Assembly (NCBI GenBank): GCA_958009085.1
Contig: OY253686.1
Coordinates: 372,001 to 436,000, forward strand
Length of the DNA stretch: 64,000 nt
Origin: Protoeuglena noctilucae
Taxonomy: Eukaryota
Direction of reading: 5' to 3'
In this document: positions 25,376 to 37,175 of the stretch, piece by piece
Numbering within the stretch: position 1 is the first letter of the stretch
How the letters are laid out: every line of letters begins with the position of its first letter
Made by a program: the position numbers and the translations under genes
Notes under the pieces: generated by a model
The model's input: the letters and a program-made list of their open reading frames with translations, nothing else
The model's database searches: none
Told to the model about the DNA's origin: nothing

Positions 25376-26276
25376 GCGTTCCGAGGCGACTCACTGCTTG
25401 CCATGTTGTCTGTCTTTTCGTGGAGATGACGGGGGGATGGATGGGGGATAATTGAGGCTGGCCGCTGTCTGCGCACAGCCCTGGACGGCCTGGACGAGGA
25501 AAGGTGCCGGTCGAGCCGAGCTCGCTTAGAGTTAAACGAGCTGCACGGCATGGCACCTACGCCGCGAGGGCCTGGCGCTTGCCATCAACGCTGAGTTGCA
25601 AATTGACTCTCGCTGCGCCCGCCGGACTCCGGTGGCCCTGTCCCGCGACCCTGCGGAGGCCGCGGAGGGTCGAGCGCGTGCGTGTAGCGAAAACACAATA
25701 CATGGGAGGGGCCAGGGCGCCCCTTGTCGCCCTGCCACGGCAACGACGCCGCGGCAGATGTGCGGACGCTGCTGGTGAGCCGCGGCGAGTCTCATGCGCG
25801 GCCCATGAAAACTGTCCATTTTTTTCTATACGGGGGTCGTATCGAGGGCCGAACAGAGCTGCGTTCGGCCCCCTTCTTCACTCCCCGGCTGCTCGCAGCG
25901 CGATGGTGCTTTGTGGCCACGCACCCAGAGGCGATGAGGGCGAGGAGCGGACTGCCATGTAGGATCCACGCCGTAACGAAGATCTTGGAGACCCTGAAAC
26001 GGCGGATGAGGGACTGTGTGCCTCGGGAGGGGAAAGCCCCGTGCCAGAGGTGGCGCCCAGGAGCGCCGTTTCATCATTACCGCTCGCCTCGGCCACAATT
26101 CGGAGTGTTTTGGGAGCCGTTCATCCTGCGTACGTCAGCATACGCATCCAGCTGATCGGAGAATCAGATCGTGGTTCTTTCTGCTCCCCCATTGCACTGC
26201 TCGCCGTCCGGCGCTGTCGTCAGGGTACTTTTGGGGGGAAGGGCCGGCTAGCCGCCGCCAGGGGAGGGGGGCAGCC

Positions 26277-27914
26277 ATGGGGAGCCTGGTGCTGCCGGGC
26301 GGGCCGTCCTGCAAAGTGCTCGTGCATCCGGTGGTGTTGTACGCGATATGTGATGCGTACATCCGCCGTGATGAGGGGAAGCCGCGGGTGGTGGGGACGC
26401 TGCTGGGGACCACGAGCCCGGACGGCGTCGTGCACGTCAACGAGTGCTACGCAGGTGCGCGCGAGTGCTCTGTGCGTGTGGGGGCATCGGCTCGCGCCTG
26501 GCTGCGCCCCCGCTTGGCGGCCAGGTGCTCGTGGGAGCTAGAGGAAAGACGCGCCACCGCGGATGGCCCGTCCCGCTCGCCCGCCCCCGCGCGTTCCACC
26601 CTCTTGCTGCCTGCGGATCAGTCATCCTACGTGTTCGTCGACTTGCCCTCAAACTGGGCACGGCCCGCGCTGTGCGATCTCCGGCGCCGCTTTCCGGTGC
26701 CCCGGCGGCTGCCCGCTCGCGCGCCGGCGATGGCCTCCGTTCCCGCACCCCGCAGTCCCACACAAGGAGGAGGAAGGGCAGGAGCTGATGATGGACCTGG
26801 TTCACCAGAAGACGCTGCTCGAGCTGCACCAGAAAGTCAATCCGAAGCAGGGCGTCGTGGGCTGGTTCTCCACGTACCCCAGCGTCACGACGGCGGACAA
26901 CCTCTTCCATAGCTTCTTCACCCAACAATACCAGCAGGTGCGTCGGGCTGGGCGCAGAGGGCTCCGCGCGCGCGGGGGCCACGGCCCGGCGAGGGTGGCA
27001 GTGACGACTTGTGTCTCGTTCGTCCGACTGGCGATCACCTACCAACCACGATCAAAAGCCCTGTGGACAGACTTATACACCACCCATAACCTGAGCCTCC
27101 TCGCCCGGCCCCGGCCCACCGCGCTGCACCCGCCCGCACGGCACGCGCATCTGCACGCGACCGGCAACACGCCCTCTCGACCCCGCTCGCCCGCAGGAGC
27201 GCGGCCCCCCGATCGTGCTCCTCACGGTGGACTGCCTCCTCCACGATGGCCCCCTGGGCATGCACGCGTACGTGTCACGGCCCTTGGACCTCCCCACGAG
27301 CCAAGACGGGGTCGGCATGCTCTTCGCCGAGACCGAGTGCCGCATCGTCACCGACGACCTGGAGGTGCTCGGTCCGAACGTCATTACGGCCCTGGAGGCC
27401 CCCGCGCAGGGCGACGACACGGGGCGGGTCCAGCGTGCTCTGGAGCAACTGCGTCTTCTCGTCGACGGCATGCTCGCCTACGTCGACGGCGTCTGCGTGA
27501 GTGCCTGCGCGAGCGGCCGCCCCGTGTCGTTGCTCGCCCCGCCGGGCCAAGAGGATACTAACGACCAAACTAACCCATGTTCCGAAACTCGTCATGTGGA
27601 GGTTCTATGATTTCAGCCTTGTCTGAGCCCGGCAGTGAGGCTACTCGCTCTTCAGGCATCAGGCGGTTATTGTCATCGAAACGATCGCTTCCTGCCTCGC
27701 CTCGCAGGAGGGACGGATCCGCGCAGACACGGCGGTGGGGCGGTACCTGGCGAGCTCGGTCGCCGCGCTGCCACGCATGTCTCAGGAGGAGATGAGACAG
27801 ATCTGCGCGGACGGCGCGCAGGACGTGGTTCTGGCGACGTACCTGGCGCATCTGCTGCGTACGCACGTGGCACTGGGGGAGAAGCTTGGCACAGCACAGC
27901 TGCCCATCATGTGA
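26277..27914 (+). CDS. EIF3F: Eukaryotic translation initiation factor 3 subunit F (MPN domain)
   Basis: VLVHPVVLYAICDAYIRR...RVVGTLLG, ECYA-VPHKE, LHQKVNPKQGVVGWFST, YVDGV, QDVVLATYLAHLLRTHVALGEKL. Confidence 0.88.
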
Positions 27915-28266
27915 GACGCGAACCGTCACACATTTGCTCAGTTCGTCAAGCCGAGACAGCGTCGACAGGGTGGCTTTCATGCAGCGCTCGCTGGGCGCTG
28001 GCCTGGCTGAGGTTGAATGGGAAGTTATGTCAAAGCATCGCTTTACGCTAGTCGACACAGCGCAGCGAGATGCGCGTCGGGCACGACGGCCGCCCAAAGT
28101 GCTCGGCTGGCCCACTGGGTACCCTGACTCGACTGGAGTGCACAACATAGGGGGTCGTGCAACTAAGACAAGCAGGTCGTCACTAGGTCCTATAATCTGA
28201 GGGTGAAGGCTAGGTCGAGGCGCCATGGCATCAGAGGAAAGGGCAGCTGGCGCTATCCAAACGTGG

Positions 28267-31200
28267 TCACCCGTCCCTTCGGGTCTCTCGGTGCGTAGAT
28301 GGCCGAATGCTCTCAATGGCCTCCGCAATGCCGTCTGCCGCGCCAGTGAGCGATGCCTCGGCAACTGAGTCCCCCGAACCCTTGCGCTTGGTCCGGCGGG
28401 ACCCCTTGGCCTTGCCGGAGCGTGACTTGGTAGGACGGGAACCGCCTCCGCCCGTCGCCGATGACCCGTCCCTAGGGCCTGGCGATGCGCCGCCACCCTT
28501 GCTGGAGGTTTTGCTTGGCGGACCCGACCTGCGGCAAGCGGCCAGGATGCGCGTCATGGAATGGGTCGGGCGCCTCACCCTCACCACAGCCTCGTGCACC
28601 TCGCAGTGCAAGCAAACCCATACCACGCATCTAAGTCAGGATGGCCTGCGTAGCCCTCACCGAGTCGTGCCCCTGGCTTTGCGCGTCGAGCTCTCCCGGC
28701 CCGAGCTGTCAGCCACGGCTTCCTCCCTCGCGCTCTGGAGCGAATCGTGCAGGGACCCCAGGGCGCTCAAGGGCAGCGCCGGGGACTTGGGCGGGGCAGT
28801 GGACGGCGCGAGTCCGAACGACGCCGACCGCCATGACGGCCGGGACGCGGGGCTCGGGGGGGTCTCCAACGCACGAGGTGGTGAGCTCGAGTCCGCCCAA
28901 GGCGCCGCGAGGCCCGCGCCTGTGCCCAGCACCCCCAGCGGGGCGCTGTCCCGTGACGGCCACGGCCCCTCTGGGGTTGGCCTGGCACGCCGCCCTTCGC
29001 CGATGCCGAGCTGTCCCGGCCCAGTGCGCCCGGCATCCCTCGCGCGCGATAGGTCCGGGTCCGCCTCGGCCAAGCCGCGCGGGAGTGGCGCGGTGCTGCG
29101 TCTGGGCATGCCGGGTGCCCCGGGGGCGTGCATGGGGGCGGACTCGCGCTCGCGTTCGTGGCCACTGGCGGAGTCCGAGAGGGCAGCGGCTTCGGCAGAG
29201 AAGGTCGCGAGGGGCTGGGGAGCGGCCAAGGAGACCCGCGGCGGCACGGCTTGCAGCGAGGTGAGGGAGGGCGTGGGGTGGGCGCCGTACATGGGCCGCT
29301 CGCCGGTGCTGGGGCCGGAGCGGCGGGACGTGGCGGCGTGGCGCGAGGGCGCGCGGGCCTCAGGGCCGTTGTCGGTGTACGTGGGGAGCATGACTGCAGG
29401 TCCCAGGCGCAGGTGACCCATCGAGCTGCGAAGACAGGGCGGCGACAGCGATTGGCACGAAACGATCGCACAGTCGCACAATCGCAAGCGACCGGTACGT
29501 CGCCCGATCCGCAGGGCACGACATGCACTACTGAAACATCCTCCATAGCTCCTTCAGCTCAGCATCAGCTACCCGTGTCACAACTGCACGCTGACAAGAG
29601 TCTTCACCTGCTGAGGTCGACCGCCATGGAGCTGCGTCGGCGAGTGGCGTGTGGGTCGTCCGTGGATGCCGGGCCCTCGCGCGAGGGTGTGGGTGTGCCT
29701 GCCAGGGCAGGCGACCGCTGGCCGGTGGTGTCACGACGCTCCCTTGGAGGCAGCAAGGGGTCCCGGGGCAGCAATGCACTTGGCGGTGCATCTCGCGCGC
29801 CCCGTGTTTGGTCGGAAATCCCCGCCTCGGTAAAGACAGGCAAGCCCTGGCCAGTCTCGGGAACCGGCCCAGCCATGGCCGCGGTCGTGGGTTGGGCGCT
29901 CTTGAGTGCCGCATTGGCGCTGGTGGACCTCTGCAGCGAGAGTGACGGGCGTTTCGAATCACGCATTCGTAAGTGCTAGTTCACTGGCGTCGCTCAACTC
30001 ATGACCGCACTGCGGACCTGGCCTTGCCCAGCCCACGCGCTCATCATACACGCGTAACTTGATCTCGATGCCGTGACCCCGCCAGCACTTCCCAAGCTCA
30101 CCTGTAGCCGAAGGGAGCTCGGGCCCCCCCGCGTGCCACGGCCAAGCTCCTCCACCTCCTCGATGCCGAAGGGACCCTGGAGCGCCGCTTTCGACGCGAT
30201 GTCACCGCTCAAATTCGGCTCCTGGTCGCCAACGTCGCCGTTCGAGCTTGCGAGACCCAAGCCAAGGCCTCCCGCATCCACCGACTGGGTCACGAGCGCG
30301 TGATCAGGCGCCCTGCCGTGGCCCGTCCAAGGCGTGAGCCCATCAACGCCCGCGCCCCCGTCTGCCGCCGCCTCGTCAACTCGGCTCCCGGTCCTCCGCC
30401 GTCCGATGTTGGGCAGCCGAGGGAGCGTGTCTGCCCTGGAAGCCAGCCCCTCCGTGCGCCCCCTGCCCGCTGCCCCAGCCACCGCCCAGGCAGGCCACTC
30501 GTCGCCCGGCCCGGTTGCAGGATGCCCGTTTGGTCCCGGAGGCCCAGAGGCCCCCAACACAGTGCCGGCCGTTGCAGAGAAGGGTCCCAGGCCGTGACTG
30601 CCCACAGTGAACAGCGACGAGCTCGCCGTTCCCGCCACCGCGCCAGGACCCGGCCGAGGCCGCCCCATGCCCTGCGCCTGCCCGAGCCCCCGCCGCGCCC
30701 CGCCCGCCTCTCCGCCCGCCTCCGCCTTGCCGTCCGCGCCGCGCCCACCGGGCCCATCACCGTAGGACACCCCCGCCGGGGACGCACGGTCACTGGAGGG
30801 CGGCCCCGGGGCCGGTTCGCCTTCGATCCCCAGCGACCCCAACGTGATCTCCTTTTCCAACTCCGGTGGGCTCCCGCAGGCGTCCACCCGCTCCCGGGGT
30901 CTCAATGACCCCGAATCCTCCCTGGGCACATCCAGCGACGTGCGTGTCCGAGACCCGGGCTCCCGATGAGGATCCGCCGCGCCGTTCCACCAGCCGTTCC
31001 CTGCGTCGGAACCGCCCACGTACCCGCTGGGCGGCCCACGCCCCGCGACCCCGCCTCCCTCGCTCTGGCGCCTGCTGCCCGACTCAATACCCTGCCCTGA
31101 CTCAGTCATGCCCGCGGCGCCGGGCGCGCGAAGAGACGCAGCGCCGCGTACGCCCCCGGTCACCCCGGGCCCCTCGTCTTCCTTGGGCCGCGCGGGGTCC

Positions 31201-34200
31201 CCCGCAGTCGCCATCGCAGCCGGATCCGGGGTTGCGGCAGGAGCGGCAGCCACGCTTCGCTGGGTTGGCGAGGACCCCGGCTCAGGCGTTGACTCCGACG
31301 CGAGGCCCTTGCCGCCCAGCACCATGCTCATGTTCCTGCAGATATGATTAAGAAGACAGCACGTTCGTGAGAGGGCCAGGCATGCCGGAGAGGGTCTGGA
31401 GCGAGCCAGTACCTGCTGAGCAGCACCCATCAATTTAATGTCAAGTGCGGGTTAAAACTTGCCACGCTCAGCTGCCCATCACACACTCACTGGATGGCCA
31501 CCATCGTGCCCGACACGGTCCTTGCACGGCCCTTCCGCAGACTCCGTGTACGGTCCCTGTGCAGCTGGCCCCTGTCACGAGACGCCGCCACCTCCTCCAC
31601 GTCCCGCTTGGCTTCAGCAAGGAGCCCGCGAATTGAGACGGGGCTGTGGCGACGGGGCTGGGACCCCTCTGCGTGAAGGGGCGGAGGTGGCAGGGCGTTG
31701 CAGGTGCGTCGCAGGGCAGGTGACGACGTGCCACTCAACGCTGCCATATGGCAATACGTCGCTAGGGTGCGGAAGGCATACGTTCTCGCGACCTGTTGGT
31801 GCCTAATGACCCCGAAGGCATGATGCTATCTGGGCTCGGCTGGGATCGGCAAACAACCTGCGCAAACGGCCTCACCCATTTCTGACGTCGTTGCGTCGTC
31901 CGGGTTCCCCGAGAAGCCGCCGTACCGGCTCCCGGATCCCATGGCCACAATGGTAGCGGCCGACAAGAAGGGGCCGGGCGGGGCCAGCGGCAGCCTCTGG
32001 CCGGGCCAGGGCGCGCCTGCGGGGTGCGCCCCGTATGACTCATCGCCCGCGCCGGCCAGCGACAGGGACACCGGGCTGGGACCGACGCCGCCGGTGGCAG
32101 CGCCAGGAACGGCGCCCCCTGCAGCGGCGGCTGCAGGCGCAGTCGGCCTCCCAACGTCGTGCCGGGCCCTGGGCTGGACGCCCTCCCCGCTGACGCCGGC
32201 CCACGTAGAGTTGTCCGCGACCCCAGGTACATGCCATGAGGGCGCGGTGGGGTCGGGGGTCGGGGCCGACGCGGGGCCCGTTGTTAGTTCTGAGAGCGAG
32301 TTGGCTTGTGCGCGGGGTGCGGCGTAAGAGGAAGCGGCCTTGGAAACGGGCGGGCGGTGGCGTGGCTTGGAAGACGAAACCGTCTTGGGCGGGGCGGGGG
32401 GCTTGGGCGGGGGCTTAGGGACGCCGAACCACTCCCGCATGGCCTGGGCGACCTGCAGGGAACAGCGTCGCAACAGCATGGTTAGCTCAGTTAGTTGCAA
32501 TTATGAATATAAGAATGAAATGGGGTGTCGCAGAGGTGAAGCAACGCGGCGACGAACGAGCGCGAGGCATGGGCCGAGGACAGCAGTCTTGTGCCCTGGG
32601 CTGTGTGGCACGGCACGGCATGGCACCTGGGCTCCCATTTGCAGGTATCGTTCTTCTGTGTTGAGGTCGACGCTGTTGAGCAGGTTGGCTTGCTGCTGGG
32701 GGCTGAGCGTGGTGAGGAGTTGGCTGGTGAGGATGGTGGCGTCGCTGGGTGGGGGGCGGGAGATGAAGAACGACACCTGCGGGTGCGTGCGAGAGAGCCA
32801 CATTAAAGCTGCACTTGCACAGGTGCGTTCGAACAACAACAGACGTCGCTCGACATGCAAGCTGTTACAGCAGGCCAGGGGGTGACTCGCCTCGAGGGTG
32901 CACGCGAGTGCGGTGGGGCAGACCTGCCCAATGACGCGCCGAGCACACCCAGCCTTGGAGTTGGAGGCATCGAAGGTGCACGATTGGTAAGAAAATCCGA
33001 GCATCGAGGACTCGAGGATCTTGAGGAAACGCGTGCTGCGGTCCAGCGCCTCCACGTCTGCGCCATGAGCAATGTATGGCAATCTAGGGTGGTGAGGTGT
33101 AGACTCGTGCCAGGGAGTAGCAAAGCACGTAACGTGGGTGGCAAGGGTAGCGACAAAGCACTTTACGTGTGTCTATGCCGGTCACACACGTCCATGTTAT
33201 GTGATGCAATGTAACGCAGTCTGCAGCTGCTGCTGCTCGCCTTCCGGGTCGCACACGTTGCAGAAGCACATGTTGGACTTGGAGGTGGAGTGCGCGTGGA
33301 CGTCCATGAAGAGCGCCAGGTCGTACTGCAGGCATAGTGGTCAACCTCGGCACGTGAGGTTTCGAGAGCGTTTCTTACATGTCACATGTTTCTCATCATG
33401 AGACAGCCGTTGGAAACTCGAAAAGGCTGTCCACAGGCCATTCGTGCCACCACCGCGCCACTCACGTGATCGCTGGCATGCAGCTGTTCCGCCAGGCGCT
33501 TGATGTGGTACAGGGGTGGCTCGAGTGCCTCGGTGCCCGCCGCCCACATACGGTTCAAATCGACGCCCGTGGAGTCCGTGCGGTAGTTGCCCAGGTAGCA
33601 GCCGTCCGGGTTGATCATGGGAACGATGACGAAGGTCACGGCGCGGCGCAGAGCCTGCGCTTCGGGACTGCACCGACCGAGGCAGGGTGCAGCAGTGGGT
33701 GCGAAGTGCGCACGTTAAGCTGGCCGAGGTCACGGGCGCTGGCCAGACCAAAGAAACTGACAAAGTAAGAACGCATCGTGTGTAAGAACAAGCAAAGGAT
33801 GAAAGGAAGGGCGCTTGTGGCAGCCACAGATGCGGTGGCCTCGCCTGTCCTCGACGATGAAGTTGAGGAGCCCCTCGGTCACAAAGCTCGAGGGCGTCTC
33901 GCCCGGATGAACGCGTCCCGTGATGAGGGCCACCGGGCGGGGCATACCCGCCTCAAGGCGGGCCAGCTCCGCCTCTGGGTCAGACACCGTGATGCAGTCG
34001 ATGCGGCGGCCCTGGAGGCTCCGGCAAAGGAGCTCCCTACGCACGTACGGGAGCTGCGGGCGGGAATTCCGGTTGCGGTTCGAGCCCGCGGCCGTGCGCG
34101 GTGCAGCGCAGGGCGTCCGGGGCATTGCTGCGACGCAGCGGGCGCAGCGCAGCGGTGCTGCAGCAGTAGAGATGACGCAGCGGGGGCGCAGTCGCACCCG

Positions 34201-35393
34201 GAGGCTCTCCAGGAGCGCCAGGTGCCGCGTGAGTCGCGAATAGGAGTATGGGAAGGAGTAGGCGAACTCGTAGGCGTCGTCCTCACGGTCAAACGTGAAT
34301 GCGAAGCTGAGGACGTAGGCCTTGCGGTGCGCGGGGGACCTGTAGTAGAACTGCGAGGGCGCAACGTGGCGAGGATTCGACGGAGGATGTGCAAATCGTA
34401 AGCATATTGGAAGCAACATCACCAGAGATGACACCGTGGCCAGAGACCGGAGCGCCCCCTCACCACGTTGCGCGCGGGAATGCGCTCCCAGCGGGGCCGA
34501 GACGAGGACCGGACGAGCGGGGTCATCGAATCACGATACAGGGACCGTTGCTTGCTGAAGTTGACAATGGAGAAGAGGACGTGCTGGTCAGCCTGGCAGT
34601 TGCCGACCTGCGAGAGGGGAGCGAATCGCCTGCTGGGCACTGCTCCCGCTGGCAGCGGCTTCTACATGTGCTTACTCATCGAAATAACCAGAAGAGAGGG
34701 TCTCGGGGATGCTTGACGGCAAGATGAGAGAGAGAAAGACTGCAGCACTTTGCGACCTCCGCTGCTGGCCCGGAGACGCCTCGCCTGGAAGTGGAACCAA
34801 AGGCGGTGACGCGGAGCCATCGTATCTGGTCGCAGCCATATCTCCCACTCGCTCGACGAGGCGGGCTTGACCACGCCCAGGTTGCCCCCCTCAAACGCTG
34901 CCGAGAACACCAGGCTTCCCCGGGGTGGAGCGGTCGATGCGTGGGCGCGAACTCGGCTGGCGGAGGCGATAGAAGAGGGGGAGGGCCCCACCGACGTCGC
35001 GCTTTGCGAGGCGCGCCGGCCCAGGCTGGTCGAATGCCGCAGCGCGACATTTCCCGGCTCGTCCGGGCCCTCCGTCCTGCGCCGGAGCGGAGCGCCGCGC
35101 GGTGTCGCACAATGGAGCATCGTGTAAGGGCGCGACAGGTGCCCGCGCACGCAAAGCCATCACCTGCCCTGCTCTTCGTCAGGCCGCGCCACGCCCTCGT
35201 CGCTCTCGTCGTCAGAGTCGTCGCTCCCACCCTGCCCACCCTCCTCCAGCTCCTCGATGACCTCCGCCTCCTCCTCATCCGCGCCTCGCGAGGTCTCGGG
35301 CTCGCCCGGCCCTCCGCTGGGTCGAGGGGCGTTCTCGAGGGGCGTTGCTCGGCCCTCAGGGCCTTCCGCGCCCGCCTGTTCCTCCTCCCGCAT
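28267..35393 (-). CDS. Cytosolic carboxypeptidase (M14D tubulin deglutamylase, CCP6/AGBL4-like) with a very long disordered C-terminal tail
   Basis: FEGGNL, RLWFHF, YEFAYSFPYSYSRL, ITGRVHPGETPSSF (zinc ligands), VPMINPDGCYLGNYR...GVDLNRMW, MDVHAHS, SKAGCARR, CTLEAS. Tail exons continue at plausible splice sites to 28267; tail joining is less certain than the catalytic core. Confidence 0.88.
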
Positions 35394-36106
35394 CTGGCAC
35401 CCCTCGCAGCAGGCTTGCAGCCCGCCGGGCGGTCGAGCTCAGCCGCACCCCGCCATGCCAGCCCATGCGCGAGCTATATCTCGTTCCTAACAAACCCAAG
35501 GACTCTGCTGGGCAAAGCGTAGAGTGCAGACGAGGCCCGGCCCGCCGGGTGTTTTGAGCGCTCCAGTGTCGCGCACACGGCGTCCTCTGGCGGCCGCTTT
35601 TGCCAGGAACAATTAGCTTCCCCAGCTGGAACACTCCATCTAGCTCGCTACCTATCCGCCCCGGTGGACATGCGGGGCTCACTGGCCCTGACTCGTCCCT
35701 CTCTCTACCTGTATTAGGGCGTCCGGCCCAAGGGCAAGAGCCATGGCGCCTCCTCGTGTCCCCTCCCCATAGCGCAGATCATAAAGGCGCCGAGAGGCGG
35801 GGAGCAGGGGAATAGCGGCGAAGCGGTGTGTCTCGGGGGAGCGGAGGGAAACGGGGGCAAACGAGGGTTACGAGGGTTCCCAAGGCGAACAAATTTTCAT
35901 TCCGGCAGGGAGGGCATTGCGACGGGCTGTTCAACACTTAGACCCGCAGAGGTGAATCGGGCTTCCTCGCGGCTCCCTGGCCTGCGTGGAGCTCCCAAGG
36001 CAGATGCGAGTTTTAGCGCAGGCGAAGGCCGGCAAATCACTTCTGCGAGTTGTCGAAAACACTAATATTTCAAGGGTCGCGCTCGCAGGCCCATATCGAC
36101 CGTCAT

Positions 36107-36937
36107 GCCGCGCTCTCGGCGTGGTGTCTGGTGGAGTCGCCCGCGAGTGTGTGGTATGTATACCTGGTGGGTACCGTCCTTCTCGATCAACAAGCGCGCC
36201 GACCGTCTTGAGGCCACTACGAGGGCCCATCACCAGGCCTGCCTGCCAGCCCGTAGCAGTATCGCTGCCCCACCACGCTCACGAGCGTGTGGTGGGACAG
36301 CGGCACTTCTGAGGGCTGGTAGGTGGGTGTGTCCATTGATCCCTCTTAACGGCCTCCAGACGGTCGGCGCGCATGTTGTGGATCGAGAAGGCTGTCCCGG
36401 GTGGGTGACCGCGACGACGTTCGCCGTCGCTTGGTTACATTCCCCAGGCACATTGGCATGCAGCCTTCATATTGGGTGCTCCTTGATTATGAAGGAAGTA
36501 CAGAGTAGTAGCGAACTACTGCTTCTTACTTTCCTTCATAGTCAAGCTGGTGCCCATATGGAGGTAAGGCTGCTTGTGCTTGGAATGTAACCAAGCGACG
36601 GCGAGTCTTGTATGCACCCGTCCCACGCATGGGTCCCGGTGGCGTCCGCGAGGGCGCCGCAGCGATGGACATCGATGGGGAGGCTGCGGGGGAGGACACC
36701 TCTGGGGACTGCAATGGCATTGAACCTGTCTCTGTGTCGGGGTCCGAGTCCGTGTCGGGACTCGGACCCCGACACGGACGTTCGTCTGCAAGGGTCTCCC
36801 TTGCAGTCCTCAGAGGTGTCTTTTGAGTGCTGGTCTGGGTCAGAGTTCGGGTGGGAGTCGGAAGAGGGGGAAGGGGAGTAGGGGGATGAGGGTGAGTAGG
36901 GAGATGTGGGGGACGACAGCGACACGGCCAGCGCGGC
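36107..36937 (+). ncRNA. Candidate multi-hairpin structured RNA (pri-miRNA/hpRNA-like) or fold-back element
   Basis: Three long imperfect inverted repeats (about 36162-36401, 36416-36607 and 36691-36824) enclosed by gccgcgct 36107-14/agcgcggc 36930-37. Includes a perfect 23-bp pair (36421-43/36582-604). Confidence 0.6.
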
Positions 36938-37175
36938 TGTATCGACCCCGGTCCTGAGACGAGCTTACCACCACGACTGCCTCCCGCTGATGTTTGCAGA
37001 AGGAGGCAATCGTGGTGGCTAAAGAGAAGCTCCCCTGCCCATCGGCGTCACTTGCACGCCGCTGCCGGCGACAGGCGTGCCAGGCCCTATGCCTCCCTCC
37101 GTTGTCATCGAGCACTTGCGTGTTTCATGTATGCGATTCGCCAGACATCGGCAGCGGAGGAGCGAGGCGCGTCAC

